Notes: generated by a model not told the origin, from the sequence alone. Shown: positions 1 through 10,396, numbered from the stretch's first letter. The stretch: DNA of 47,133 nt from an uncultured Rhodospirillaceae bacterium (GCA_964649675.1 CAZYPX010000002.1:1-47133), one strand, 5' to 3'. Made by a program: numbers and translations.

Positions 1-114
1 AGGGTACTTTGTGTTTATGAGGTTTTGGTTGAGCTGAAGAGCCGACAGGTTCACCAAACGCCAAAGGCGTTTGGCGCGTAGCGGAGCGAAGTCCGAGGCC
101 GTTAGGCTGAGGAT

Positions 115-139
115 AAAAACACGCAACAAGCGTGTTTTT
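115..139. terminator. Hairpin flanked by A- and T-runs; probable bidirectional intrinsic terminator downstream of the minus-strand oxidoreductase gene
   Basis: AAAAACACGC-aacaa-GCGTGTTTTT. The arms are perfectly complementary. It lies about 100 nt past the stop of the 246..1613 gene. Confidence 0.5.
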
Positions 140-245
140 ACAATTCCGACCGGGGGCACCATAAGATTTTCAACAGACTTCTAGATCTGGCAAAGATGAA
201 GCAGGAAACGGGGCCTATGCAGACATGGCAACGGTCATATCCCGA

Positions 246-1613
246 TCACTCCTTAAAATACTCCAACCCCAGCGCCTGCATGATGGCCTCAAGCACGAAG
301 TTAAACGGCTTGTTGAAATGCGGCAGGAAATAAACGTCCGCGAAAGCCAACTCGGGCAACGTGAGCTTCTGCTGAATGGCGAGCGCCAGATAATAGATGA
401 TCTCGGTATGGCTGATCTCGCCGCGCGTACCGATCTGGGCGCCCAATAACCTCAAAGTCCTCTTGTCGAACACGAGCTTGATGCGCACTTTGATTGCGGA
501 ACCCATAAACAGCGGGCGGTCGTCGTCCTCAATATAGCTTGATCCCACATCCAGCTTCAGTTGGCGGGCATAGTCCTCGCTGATGCCCGTGCTGGCCAGC
601 TTGTTCTCGAATACGCAGATGGCGTTCGTTCCTGCGACGCTGTCGATTTTAACGTCCCAGCTGCCGTTGACGTGGCTGGCCGCCGTGATGCCGCTTTTCA
701 CGGCGTTGGTGGCCAGAGCTACGTTCACAGGTTCGCCAAGCGAGGCGTGGTTGATCGCCACGGCGTCGCCGATGGCATAGATATCCGGTAAACTGGTGCG
801 CATGTATTTGTCGACGATCAGCGCGCCGTTTCTGGTTTTGCGGGCGTTTGGCAAAAGTCCCGTGTTCGGCTTAAAGCCCACGCATTTGATGACAAGGTCG
901 GCGGGATACGCGTTTTTGTCCGTGATGACCTTGACGACTTTTGTGTTACCCTCGAAATCCACGACCTTTTCGCCCAGCGCGAGGGTCACGCCCGCCTTGC
1001 GGATGTCGTCCTCAAGCGCGGAGGAAAACTCGCGGTCGAAATAGCGCGGCAGAATGCGCGTCTCGACGTCGATCAGCGTGACCTGCTTGCCTTTCTTGTG
1101 AAAGGCCTCGGCCAGTTCGATGCCTATATAGCCTGAGCCTATCACGGCCACGGATTTTATGGCGGGATCGTCGGCCTTTTGGATCAGTTCCTGCGCATGC
1201 TGGAAAAGCTTGCAAACCTCGACGTTTTCAAGATTCTTGTGGGCTTCAGGGATGCCCGGAATATCGATGGGCCACGAGCCTGCGGCATAGAACAAGCGGT
1301 CATATGTGTCGTCAAACGTATTGCCCGATCCCAGATCCTTCACCGTAACCGTGCGCCGCATGGGATTGATGGCGACGGCTTCATGGTTCATGAAAATCTT
1401 CGCGCCTTTGGATTCCAGCTTGTGGGGCGTGCAATAGAAAAGGTCTTGCACGTCTTTGACGATGCCGCCGACGGCCAGCGCGATGCCGCATCCCAGAAAC
1501 GAGATATTGTCGTTGCGGTCATAGGCCGTGATGTCGTGCTTGCCGCTCTGGGCCAAAAGCGTGCGCAAAGCCGACGTACCGGCGTGGTTGATGCCTATGA
1601 CGACGATTTTCAT
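246..1613 (-). CDS. FAD-dependent pyridine nucleotide-disulfide oxidoreductase, NADH oxidase / CoA-disulfide reductase family
   Basis: 455 aa. N-terminal dinucleotide fold MKIVVIGINHAGTS. Single redox Cys context SFLGCGIAL, as in the Nox/Npx/CoADR family. Second Rossmann motif VAVIGSGYIGIELAE. FAD motif IYAIGDAV. Confidence 0.85.
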   Translation of the reverse strand: MKIVVIGINHAGTSALRTLLAQSGKHDITAYDRNDNISFLGCGIALAVGGIVKDVQDLFYCTPHKLESKGAKIFMNHEAVAINPMRRTVTVKDLGSGNTFDDTYDRLFYAAGSWPIDIPGIPEAHKNLENVEVCKLFQHAQELIQKADDPAIKSVAVIGSGYIGIELAEAFHKKGKQVTLIDVETRILPRYFDREFSSALEDDIRKAGVTLALGEKVVDFEGNTKVVKVITDKNAYPADLVIKCVGFKPNTGLLPNARKTRNGALIVDKYMRTSLPDIYAIGDAVAINHASLGEPVNVALATNAVKSGITAASHVNGSWDVKIDSVAGTNAICVFENKLASTGISEDYARQLKLDVGSSYIEDDDRPLFMGSAIKVRIKLVFDKRTLRLLGAQIGTRGEISHTEIIYYLALAIQQKLTLPELAFADVYFLPHFNKPFNFVLEAIMQALGLEYFKE

Positions 1614-1757
1614 GGGGACTCCAAGGTGGGATTCGTAAGTTACAATGTTGGTTAAGGTAGCGTCAACGACAGGTTAACCCACTCAAATATGTTCTTGCTG
1701 TTGATGGGCGGATGGCGTTTTCTTGCCATGGTTTAAGATTCGAAGGGTCGGTTCTTC

Positions 1758-3716
1758 ATGTGCGGGATTGTGGGCGTTGTAGGTGCGTCGGGTGCGGTGT
1801 CGGAACCGATGCTCCTTGCCATGGCCGATGGGATCAAGCATCGCGGTCCCGACGATCGCGGCGTATGGTGCGACGCGGAGCAGGGCATAGGGCTGGCTCA
1901 ACGCCGCCTGTCCATTCTTGATTTGTCGCCCGCCGGACACCAACCGATGATGTCGGCCTGCGGGCGTTATGTGATCGTCTTTAACGGCGAAATCTATAAC
2001 CATGCCGTCATCCGCAAGGAACTGGAAGACAAGGGCTACGCCCCCGCATGGCGCGGCCACTCGGATACCGAGGTCTTGCTGGCCGCGCTCATCGCGTTCG
2101 GGGCCGAAGAAACGCTGAAGCGTTGCGTGGGCATGTACGCGTTCGCGCTGTGGGACAAGCGGGAACGAACGCTCGTTATGGCGCGCGACCGCATGGGCGA
2201 AAAGCCGCTGTACTATGGCCAGGTTGGATCAAGTTTCGTTTTCGCGTCGGAACTAAAGGCTTTTTACCGCCACCCGCAATGGTATGGCGAGATCGACCGC
2301 CGTTCGCTGGCGCTGATGATGCGGCACAATTATATTCCCGCGCCGTACTCGATCTTCAAGAACGTCGCTAAACTGCCTCCGGCAACCGTTTTGTATTATG
2401 GCGGAAACGATAAAACGCCGCGTCTCAAGAAATATTGGGACGTGCGCGAAGCGGCGCTGAAAGGCCAAGCCAATCCTTTCACGGGGACGGCCGAAGAAGC
2501 CGTCAATCAAACGGAAGCCTTGCTGCGGCAAGCCTTGGAAGGCCAGATGATGGCCGACGTGCCTTTGGGCGCGTTTTTGTCGGGCGGGATCGACTCCTCG
2601 ACCATTGTCGCGCTCATGCAATCCATGAGCAGCCAGCCCGTGCGCACGTTCTCCATCGGCTTCGGCGAGAAGGACTACAACGAGGCCGTGTATGCCAAAG
2701 CCGTGGCCCAGCACCTCGGCACGCAACACACGGAGATGTACGTCACGCCCAAGGAGGCGATGGGCGTAATCCCGCTATTGCCGACGCTCTATTGCGAACC
2801 GTTTTCGGATTCCTCGCAAATCCCGACGTATATCGTGTCGGGATTGGCGCGTAAGCATGTCACGGTGTCGCTTTCGGGCGACGCGGGAGACGAACTCTTC
2901 TCGGGCTATTTGCGCTATGCGCTGGCCGATAAAATCTGGTCTCGCGTGTCGATGATGCCGCAGCCTGTGCGTCAGGCGTTCGCGAAAATGATCACGGCGG
3001 TGCCGCCGGAACATATCAACAAGGTGGCGGGATTCTTTCTGGCTGTGTTGGCTGAGCGCGTGCGTCCCAAAAACGTGGGCGACAGGGCGCATAAACTGGC
3101 GGGCGTATTGGCCCTTCCTGCGGTCGATGAGCTTTACCGCTCGTTGATTTCGCATTGGAAAGACACGGCGGAAATCGTCATCGGCGGCGATGAATATCCC
3201 ACGCCGTTGGCCGAGCCTTTCTCGGCCTTGGGCTTGAACGACCCGATCAAAAGCATGATGTGTCTCGATCAGATCGGTTATCTGCCTGACGACATTCTTG
3301 TCAAAGTCGACCGAGCCTCGATGGGCGTGAGTCTTGAATCGCGCGTACCGCTGCTTGACCATCGTATTGTCGAGTTTTCGTGGACGTTGCCGTTGTCGAT
3401 CTTGCGGTGCGGTGGGCAATCAAAATGGCCGCTCAGGCAAATACTCTACCGTCATGTGCCGCGCGAATTGGTGGAACGACCCAAGGTCGGCTTCGGCATT
3501 CCGCTCGACGCGTGGCTGCGCGGGCCGTTGAAAGACTGGGCGGAAGCCTTGCTCGACGAAACGCGCATGAAGCAGGAAGGCTTTTTCCATCCTGCGCCCA
3601 TCCGCCAAGCGTGGGCCGAACATCTTTCCGGCTCACGCAACTGGCAATATCATTTGTGGGATGTCTTGATGTTCCAGGGGTGGCTTGAGCATTACAAATC
3701 GGGCGCTATTGCATGA
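1758..3716 (+). CDS. Asparagine synthase (glutamine-hydrolysing) family amidotransferase, AsnB-like, polysaccharide-cluster associated
   Basis: 652 aa. Starts MCGI (Ntn Cys2 glutaminase domain). PP-loop motif AFLSGGIDSS. Translationally coupled to the next gene (ATGA overlap at 3713-3716). Confidence 0.9.
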   Translation: MCGIVGVVGASGAVSEPMLLAMADGIKHRGPDDRGVWCDAEQGIGLAQRRLSILDLSPAGHQPMMSACGRYVIVFNGEIYNHAVIRKELEDKGYAPAWRGHSDTEVLLAALIAFGAEETLKRCVGMYAFALWDKRERTLVMARDRMGEKPLYYGQVGSSFVFASELKAFYRHPQWYGEIDRRSLALMMRHNYIPAPYSIFKNVAKLPPATVLYYGGNDKTPRLKKYWDVREAALKGQANPFTGTAEEAVNQTEALLRQALEGQMMADVPLGAFLSGGIDSSTIVALMQSMSSQPVRTFSIGFGEKDYNEAVYAKAVAQHLGTQHTEMYVTPKEAMGVIPLLPTLYCEPFSDSSQIPTYIVSGLARKHVTVSLSGDAGDELFSGYLRYALADKIWSRVSMMPQPVRQAFAKMITAVPPEHINKVAGFFLAVLAERVRPKNVGDRAHKLAGVLALPAVDELYRSLISHWKDTAEIVIGGDEYPTPLAEPFSALGLNDPIKSMMCLDQIGYLPDDILVKVDRASMGVSLESRVPLLDHRIVEFSWTLPLSILRCGGQSKWPLRQILYRHVPRELVERPKVGFGIPLDAWLRGPLKDWAEALLDETRMKQEGFFHPAPIRQAWAEHLSGSRNWQYHLWDVLMFQGWLEHYKSGAIA

Positions 3717-4855
3717 CAGAGCGCAAACCGAAACTGATGTTTTTTGTGACGGAGGACTGGTATTTCGTCTCCCACCGTTTGCCGCTCGCTCAAACGGCTC
3801 TTGCAGCAGGTTATGATGTCAGCCTCGTCACGCGCGTGGGCGACGATGCCGATACCATCAGGGACTCGGGTATAAGGCTTTACCCTTTGGATATTCACAG
3901 GTCGGGCGGGAACCCTTTTCGCGAAACCCGAACGTTTTTGGAGCTGAAGCGGATTTATGCGCACGAAAAGCCGGATATTGTCCATCACGTGGCCATGAAG
4001 CCGGTCGTTTACGGTTCTCTGGCGGCGCGGATGGTTGGCGTCAAGGGTGTCGTGAACGCTTTGGCCGGCATGGGGTTCGTTTTTTCATCGTCGTCACGCA
4101 AGGCCCGATGGCTGAAGCCGCTTGTGCGGCGCGTGTTGAAATACGCCGTGTCGCCCTATAACGCTCGCTTGATTTTGCAAAACACCGACGATGTCCGCAT
4201 GTTCGGGGAAGAAGGCCTGATCGATCCGGCTCTGATTCGCCTGATACGCGGATCGGGCGTCGATCCCTCCTCTTATCCGGCGGTGCCGGAGAATAATGCC
4301 GGTTTGCCGTTGGTCGTTCTGCCAGCGCGGTTGCTACGCGATAAAGGGGTTCTTGAGTTTGTGGATGCGGCACGCATACTACGGCAGCGCGGCGTTGCCG
4401 CACGTTTTGCCCTTGTCGGCGAACCTGATCCGCTGAATCCCGCCTCGTTCAACGAAGAGGATATTTTGTCTTGGCAGGAGGAAGGTCTTGTCGAATGCTG
4501 GGGCTGGCGCGATGACGTGGCCGCCGTTTTCGCCCAGGCCAATATCGTATGTTTGCCCTCCTATCGCGAAGGATTGCCGAAAGCCCTTCTTGAGGCGGCG
4601 GCAAGCGGCAGGGCCATTGTTGCGACCGATGTGCCGGGATGCAGGGAAATTGTGAGAGACGGGGTGAACGGATGGCTGGTGCCGCCGCGCGACCCCGCGG
4701 CCTTGGCGGCGGCTCTCCATGAAGCGATTCGCCGTCCGGATCTTAGGTCTCTTTACGGGCGCAAGGCGCGCGCCGTTGTCGAGCGGGAGTTTTCGCTTGA
4801 ACTTGTCGGCGCGGAAACTTTGGGCATTTACGCCGAACTCACGGGCAAAATTTAA
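3713..4855 (+). CDS. Glycosyltransferase, GT-B fold, family 4-like
   Basis: 380 aa. C-terminal E-x7-E-type region SYREGLPKALLEAAASGRAIVATDVPGCREIVRDGVNGWLV. Confidence 0.85.
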   Translation: MTERKPKLMFFVTEDWYFVSHRLPLAQTALAAGYDVSLVTRVGDDADTIRDSGIRLYPLDIHRSGGNPFRETRTFLELKRIYAHEKPDIVHHVAMKPVVYGSLAARMVGVKGVVNALAGMGFVFSSSSRKARWLKPLVRRVLKYAVSPYNARLILQNTDDVRMFGEEGLIDPALIRLIRGSGVDPSSYPAVPENNAGLPLVVLPARLLRDKGVLEFVDAARILRQRGVAARFALVGEPDPLNPASFNEEDILSWQEEGLVECWGWRDDVAAVFAQANIVCLPSYREGLPKALLEAAASGRAIVATDVPGCREIVRDGVNGWLVPPRDPAALAAALHEAIRRPDLRSLYGRKARAVVEREFSLELVGAETLGIYAELTGKI

Positions 4856-5071
4856 CCATCGTTTGCGGACTGTTTGCCGATGTGCTTTTCTACAAAGCGC
4901 GCTAAAACGCTTTTTCGTGTTTTTAACCTTTTTTGCCAAACTTCCCGAATTAACGTCCTCGAAAGTAAACCTTTGCTGGCTTTTTGGCCGTCAATTTGCT
5001 AATAATTAGTTAATACGCGAAATGGAGTGGTTAATTCTCGTATTATTGCACGATAACATATAGAGTTTCCC

Positions 5072-6010
5072 ATGGCTTCCGGCATAACGATCAGCAAAAG
5101 AGAAAACGACGCCGAGGTCCTGTCGCCAAGCAACGCCCTGTGCGGCGAATCCCAAATACCGACAATCGCTGTTTCAACCGAAGAGCGGCCCGTTACGGAG
5201 GGATCGCCTTACAGTCGGCAAACGCTCTATAAACGGGCCGATGTCGCAAGGGCTTTGCGATGGTATATGGCCACGGACGTTCTGGGCCTTGTTTTGGCGT
5301 TCTTTTGCGCTTGGAGCGTTGCGCAGGCCATCAACATTCATGTGCTTGGGCGGCCCGAAGGGTTGCAAAACAGCGTTTTCGATGCCTTCCACGTGACGCA
5401 GTTCGTTTTGCTGGCCGCAGGAATAATCTTGTGGTTCGAAAACGCCGGCCACTATAGCGTGCGCACGAACGCAAGGACGGAAGCAAGGCGCGTTGCGGGC
5501 GCACTGTGTTTTGCGATGCTCGTTGACGGTTTTATCGTTTTTGCCGCTAAAGAGGATGTTTCGCGGCTATGGTTGATGCTTGGATGGATGCTTGCCGTTC
5601 CCGTCATTTTGGCTTTGCGGGAGATTTACAGGACGCTGCAGCGCCGGTTTGGGGCTTGGCAAATACGCGCCATGCTGGTTGGCAATGGTCGCGCTGCCGA
5701 GGATGCTTTAAAGGTTATCAGATCACATAAAGCCCTTGGATATGAGGTTAAAGCCCACGTGAAAGACGTCAATGAAGCTTTCGCTAAAGCTGGTGAATCG
5801 TGGGAAAATTTATGCGCCGTTTATGGGGTCGATCACATTGTGATTGCGCTTGATGGCGCGGATATGGCCAAAGCCGAGCTGCCTTTGGCCCAATTAATGC
5901 GTGAAAAAGTCCCCTTTTCCATCGCGCCGCCTTTGCGGAGGTTGGCGGCTTGCGGGGTCTTGCCGCACTATTTTTTCAATCATGATATTCTATTGATGAC
6001 GCGGGTTTAA
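5072..6010 (+). CDS. Membrane protein resembling only the N-terminal module (4 TM + Rossmann-like linker) of polyprenyl glycosylphosphotransferases; the catalytic sugar-transferase domain is absent
   Basis: 312 aa. Four hydrophobic helices, then IRAMLVGNGRAAEDALKVIRSHKALGYEVKAHV ... VDHIVIALDG, typical of the WbaP/EPS-priming-enzyme N-terminal half. The ORF stops where the C-terminal transferase domain normally begins and is followed by a strong terminator. Confidence 0.5.
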   Translation: MASGITISKRENDAEVLSPSNALCGESQIPTIAVSTEERPVTEGSPYSRQTLYKRADVARALRWYMATDVLGLVLAFFCAWSVAQAINIHVLGRPEGLQNSVFDAFHVTQFVLLAAGIILWFENAGHYSVRTNARTEARRVAGALCFAMLVDGFIVFAAKEDVSRLWLMLGWMLAVPVILALREIYRTLQRRFGAWQIRAMLVGNGRAAEDALKVIRSHKALGYEVKAHVKDVNEAFAKAGESWENLCAVYGVDHIVIALDGADMAKAELPLAQLMREKVPFSIAPPLRRLAACGVLPHYFFNHDILLMTRV

Positions 6011-6051
6011 AGAGATTTTTAGGCGCTTCTCTCTATTTAACTCTTTTAAAA

Positions 6052-6088
6052 CCCCCACGACTCCTTTACAGGGCGTGGGGGCTTTTTT
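6052..6088 (+). terminator. Rho-independent terminator
   Basis: CCCCCACG-14 nt loop-CGTGGGGG followed by CTTTTTT. Confidence 0.7.
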
Positions 6089-6099
6089 ATAGGCGAAGC

Positions 6100-6714
6100 A
6101 TGGATACCATCAAAGAGGCGTTCGATATCATTACGCATTTTGGCGATAATGGATTTCTTGTCGCCATGATAGCTGTTTCTTCCATTTATTTGCTTATGAA
6201 CGGCGCGCGCAAAACGGCGGCATACGTGGTCATTGGGCCGGTTTGCGTCGCCGCAGCGGTGCTCGTTCTTAAGCTGCTGTTCATTGGGTGCAGCCAACAG
6301 CAGGCTATGGCCGTGTATTCGCCCAGCGGGCACGCCGCCATGGCGGCAATCGTTCTGGGATCTTTGGCTGTCGTGGCTTCTTTGCCGTTGTCCGGCCTTT
6401 CCCGTCTTGTTCCATTTGCGGCCGTTTTGCCGTTGATAGCCGGAGTTTCCATCTCGCGCGTTGTTTTGGGGATGCATTCGCTCAAGGAAGTCGTGATGGG
6501 GCTTGTTTTGGGCGCCATTTTTTGTGCCGGAGGTTTTTTTCTGGTGGGGCGCGACATGCCTGCGCCCCCAAAGCCAAAGGTTTTTTATGTCTTGGTTCTG
6601 GGCGCCGGAGTGTTGTTTTTCGGCGTACATGTTCCTGTCGAGGGTTTGATCGAAAACGCTGCCGCTTTGTTGGATATCGACAGGAAGGTTTGCGTAGCGC
6701 TAGATCGCGTGTGA
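6100..6714 (+). CDS. PAP2-family (acid phosphatase / lipid phosphate phosphatase) membrane protein
   Basis: 204 aa, polytopic. PAP2 motifs SPSGHAAMA and SRVVLGMHSLKEV. Confidence 0.75.
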   Translation: MDTIKEAFDIITHFGDNGFLVAMIAVSSIYLLMNGARKTAAYVVIGPVCVAAAVLVLKLLFIGCSQQQAMAVYSPSGHAAMAAIVLGSLAVVASLPLSGLSRLVPFAAVLPLIAGVSISRVVLGMHSLKEVVMGLVLGAIFCAGGFFLVGRDMPAPPKPKVFYVLVLGAGVLFFGVHVPVEGLIENAAALLDIDRKVCVALDRV

Positions 6715-6750
6715 TGTTACGTCACGCTTACGTATTTAGGAGGAGGGCTC

Positions 6751-7872
6751 GTGCGAGTATGCCATGTTATAGAATCCGCAGGTACGGGCGCCGGACAAGT
6801 CGTGATCGATCTTACGCAGTATATGCAGGCGCAAGGCGATGATGTCACGGTGGTTGCAGGTACGCAGCGCTGCGAGGCGCATTTTGTGGACACGCTTTCC
6901 GCGATGCCGCGTGTGCGTCTGGAATTCGCCTCCATGCGTCGTAATCTGGGCCCCCATGACGTAACGGATGGCTGGAAGCTTTACAAAAAGCTGCGCGCGC
7001 TCGGCCCGTTCGACGTGATACACGCGCACAGCTCGAAAGCCGGCGCTTTGACAAGGATTGTCGGGACGCTCCTTCCCAAGGCCCGCAAGGTCTATACCGC
7101 CCACGGCTTTATCACGATGGCCCCCTCCTCACCGGTTTCTTTTCGATGGATCGAACGTTCTTTGAGTTTTTTTTGCGATGCCGTTGTCGCCGTGTCGGAA
7201 GGGGAGGGCAGGCATGCGTTGTCGTTGGGCATCCCATCGCGGAAAGTCAAGGTTATACCCAACGGCACGACGGTTGGCGCGCAAACGCCCCGCGAAAAAG
7301 CGCGCGAGGAATTGGGCATCGCGGCGGACGAGACGGCGCTTGGATTCGTCGGGCGGATGGAAAGCCAAAAAAACCCTTTATTGGCCATTGACGCATTCGC
7401 CGAGGCCGTTCGGGATTATCCGTCGTTGACATTGAACATGATCGGCGAAGGTTCTCTCATGCCTGCGGTTCGTGACTCCATCGTCCGCTATAAACTTCGG
7501 GGTAATGTGCGGCTTTTGGGGTATCGCCAAGCGCGCAGGTTGATGGCGGCGTTTGACGCCCTTTTGTGCAGCAGCGATTATGAAACATTGCCGATTTCGT
7601 TTCTGGAGGCGTTGACGGCCGGCGTGCCGATCATTACGCGTCATGTCGGCGGTGTCGAGGAGGCTATCGTGGAAGGCAGAACGGGGTTTCTGGCCAGAGG
7701 CGCCGAAGCCGCGCATTTGGCCGAAGCCATCAAAAGCTTCGGGGCTACGGACCACGAACATCGCCAAAACATGAAAGAGAGTGCTCGCCGCCATGCCCAA
7801 AACTTTACGCGTGAAAAAACGGGTTCTGCGACGCGCCATCTATATCAATCGTTGCTGGATGCGCCTTTATGA
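6751..7872 (+). CDS. Glycosyltransferase family 4-like
   Basis: 373 aa. GTG start preceded by AGGAGG. Contains HAHSSKAG and the C-terminal region DYETLPISFLEALTAGVPIITRHVGGVEEAIVEGRTGFL. Confidence 0.85.
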   Translation: MRVCHVIESAGTGAGQVVIDLTQYMQAQGDDVTVVAGTQRCEAHFVDTLSAMPRVRLEFASMRRNLGPHDVTDGWKLYKKLRALGPFDVIHAHSSKAGALTRIVGTLLPKARKVYTAHGFITMAPSSPVSFRWIERSLSFFCDAVVAVSEGEGRHALSLGIPSRKVKVIPNGTTVGAQTPREKAREELGIAADETALGFVGRMESQKNPLLAIDAFAEAVRDYPSLTLNMIGEGSLMPAVRDSIVRYKLRGNVRLLGYRQARRLMAAFDALLCSSDYETLPISFLEALTAGVPIITRHVGGVEEAIVEGRTGFLARGAEAAHLAEAIKSFGATDHEHRQNMKESARRHAQNFTREKTGSATRHLYQSLLDAPL

Positions 7873-9257
7873 TCGCAGGCGAGGCGAGGAAATTCTTCGT
7901 CGGCCGTCTCGATCAAAAGCGGGATGCCGCCTAGACGCATGCCTGTCTCTTGGTTTTTTTTGCGTCCAAAGATATCGGTGACATCTCCCCCTGGAGCGGC
8001 AAGACGGATATTTGAGCGCGACGATTCCGTCCACGCAAGCGTCAAGGCTTGCTCCTTTTTGTAACGGGGTTCGAAGCGCATCATGTGCGCGTTGCCGCCG
8101 CAAAGGCGAGCGCGCGTGGCAGCGGCCAGTTTTCGCCCCTTCAGGTTAGGCATAATGTGGCGCCACATGGCGATGGCCGGTTTTTCGCGCCCGTCGAATG
8201 TGTTCATGCCGTACACATGCTCGTCGTTGCGTGGGTCAGGGCCGCTGTCGCGCCATTCGTAAATCGCGGTGAAGGGAATGCCTTCCGCAAGGTTGACAAG
8301 GTAGAGGCGTAACTGGATGGCGGCGTGTTCTTCGAGAGAATAGTCGCGCCAGGCGAGTCGTTGCGTTGGAGAAAGCGCCGGAACAGGGTAACCCCATTCG
8401 TCCACGGCGACAGGAACGGGATGATCGGGCTGCCAAGGCTTCAGAAAGCTCCTGAGCTCAGCGTAGTCTTTCGCTACGGTTTCCGGCGGCGAAGGGCGGT
8501 AGGGATGAACGGTGAAAGCGTCAAGGCACGTCAATGGGTTTGTTTTCTCGAAAAGAGAGCGCATGAAATCGTAACGGAAAGCCCCGCCGTCTTTTACGCT
8601 TACGGCGGGGGCCATGATGCGGGCCTGAGGGACGGCCTTCTTGATGGATTCACAAACGGTCGTGATGAAATGGCCGACGATGGCTCCATCCGTTTTTGGG
8701 GGAAACCCCCCATCCGTTTCAGGCTCGTTCCAGATGAGCCACGTAAAGGCTTCCGCTCCGTAAAGGTCGCTGTAATGCTTGGCCGTGGCCGTCGCGAACG
8801 CCGCGAATCCGGAGATGCCATCGGATGTCCGGGGCGCGGCGGGTATCGTATAGCTGTAATCGCCGTAAGAGAGGGTTACGGGATCGCCGGTATAAAGCGT
8901 GTTGCCGTAAAAAAGGGTTGTGGCCATATGAACGTCGTGGGCCCGCAAGAAGGCGATCATATCGTCGTAGGAGAATGCGGGCGTCTCGTCGATATCGTCG
9001 CCTTGCTTTTCGCGGTAAAGCCTATGGTTCCATGCATGGCGCCCGCGTTGCCTTTCAACTTCGGGCCAATTAATGCCGATTCGCACATTGCGAAAGCCGA
9101 GACCGGCAAGCTTTCGTATTTCGTCTTTGGTTATGCGTTCAAGCTTGATGTTGACGGCAAGGCCTTCCCCGAAAAAGGTCTTGGCGCGCCCTGCGGCTGC
9201 AGTTTCCGTATGGAAGACGGCAAACAAGGCAAGACAAGCGAGGCAGAAGCGCCTCAT
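7845..9257 (-). CDS. Secreted glycoside hydrolase, clan GH-A (GH5-like TIM barrel), probably polysaccharide processing
   Basis: 470 aa. Signal peptide MRRFCLACLALFAVFHTETAAA. Acid/base-type motif LIWNEPE. Candidate nucleophile context VAVDEWGYP. 4-nt overlap with the upstream GT gene, so likely an operon. Confidence 0.6.
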   Translation of the reverse strand: MRRFCLACLALFAVFHTETAAAGRAKTFFGEGLAVNIKLERITKDEIRKLAGLGFRNVRIGINWPEVERQRGRHAWNHRLYREKQGDDIDETPAFSYDDMIAFLRAHDVHMATTLFYGNTLYTGDPVTLSYGDYSYTIPAAPRTSDGISGFAAFATATAKHYSDLYGAEAFTWLIWNEPETDGGFPPKTDGAIVGHFITTVCESIKKAVPQARIMAPAVSVKDGGAFRYDFMRSLFEKTNPLTCLDAFTVHPYRPSPPETVAKDYAELRSFLKPWQPDHPVPVAVDEWGYPVPALSPTQRLAWRDYSLEEHAAIQLRLYLVNLAEGIPFTAIYEWRDSGPDPRNDEHVYGMNTFDGREKPAIAMWRHIMPNLKGRKLAAATRARLCGGNAHMMRFEPRYKKEQALTLAWTESSRSNIRLAAPGGDVTDIFGRKKNQETGMRLGGIPLLIETADEEFPRLACDHKGASSND

Positions 9258-10378
9258 GACTGGATGCTCTGCGCAAGAGCAAGGTAGTGGTCTGCCATGA
9301 TGTCGATGGAAAAACGCCGATCAAGGTAATTTTGAACGGCGGCGCGGAACTTATCATCGGCAGGATTTTCGAGGGTTTCGAGGATGGCTTCGGCCAAGGC
9401 TTTGTCGTCATCGACGGGAACAAGGCTTCCAAACTGCCCGTCATCCAGAATTTCGCGCGGACCGGATGGGCAGTCGGTGCTGACAACTTTGATGCCTGCG
9501 GCCAACGCTTCGATAAGGACGTTGCCGAATCCCTCGGTCCGGGACGGCAATACGAAAACGTCGCCGTTCGCCATACATGAGACAGGGTTAGGCATATAAC
9601 CCGCCAGAACGGCATCGTTCTGGAGCCCAAGCCCATCGATCAGCTTCTGAAGCTTGGGGCGCTCTTCGCCTTCGCCGAAAAGGATAAGGCGCGAGGGTTT
9701 GGCGGCGCGGACGCGCGCAAAGGCTTTGATAAGCGTATCAAAGCCCTTTAAAGGGACGAGTCTTCCGCAACCAACGACGACCGGCAGCGTTTTGGAGGCG
9801 AGCCAAGGATGTGAAGTTGGTTCGACCGCGCGTTCTCGCAAGAGCGCAAGATCGAAACCGTTCAGGATGGTCTCAACGCGCATACGCGGCCCGACGGTAT
9901 GTTGCAGCGCGCGCCCGACCCCTGACGATACGGCTACAACGGCTTTGGCATAACGGTAGAAAAAGCCGATAAGCAGCCGTAGAAATTTTCTGCGGACGCT
10001 ATACTCCCCTAAAGCATAGGCGCTGATGTCAAAATGGATCGTGGGCACAATGTTTTTGTAGCCCGCCAACGCGCTCGCCACGATGCCGAGGAGAGACGGC
10101 TTTTCCATGACCCCGAACAGAACGGCAGGACGGGTTTGCTTCAGGTAGTGACGGAGAAATCGGATGGTTTTGAGAGGGTTTCGGGAATTAAGGCTCAACA
10201 AACGGACGCGGGGATCGATTTTCTGAACGAGGGCGTCATCCTTCAATTGCACAATAAGGTCAACAGAGATTCCCTTGGCCGCAAGCGCGTTAACCAGTTG
10301 GATCGTATAAAGTTCAGAACCATAGCCCCTTAGCAATTCAATCGCGAACACGGCTATGGGGCCTGAAAGTAATAGCAT
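9254..10378 (-). CDS. Glycosyltransferase family 4-like
   Basis: 374 aa. Contains PSRTEGFGNVLIEALAAGIKVVSTDCPSGPREILDDGQFGSLV. Confidence 0.85.
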   Translation of the reverse strand: MLLLSGPIAVFAIELLRGYGSELYTIQLVNALAAKGISVDLIVQLKDDALVQKIDPRVRLLSLNSRNPLKTIRFLRHYLKQTRPAVLFGVMEKPSLLGIVASALAGYKNIVPTIHFDISAYALGEYSVRRKFLRLLIGFFYRYAKAVVAVSSGVGRALQHTVGPRMRVETILNGFDLALLRERAVEPTSHPWLASKTLPVVVGCGRLVPLKGFDTLIKAFARVRAAKPSRLILFGEGEERPKLQKLIDGLGLQNDAVLAGYMPNPVSCMANGDVFVLPSRTEGFGNVLIEALAAGIKVVSTDCPSGPREILDDGQFGSLVPVDDDKALAEAILETLENPADDKFRAAVQNYLDRRFSIDIMADHYLALAQSIQS

Positions 10379-10396
10379 GTCGGCTTTTAACCTTTT

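Noticed and set aside
54-74. Perfect hairpin CCAAACGCC-aaa-GGCGTTTGG near the left edge (possible REP-like element)
   Set aside because: There is a single copy in the window, with no flanking U-run or gene context visible because the window starts here. This is insufficient evidence to call it.
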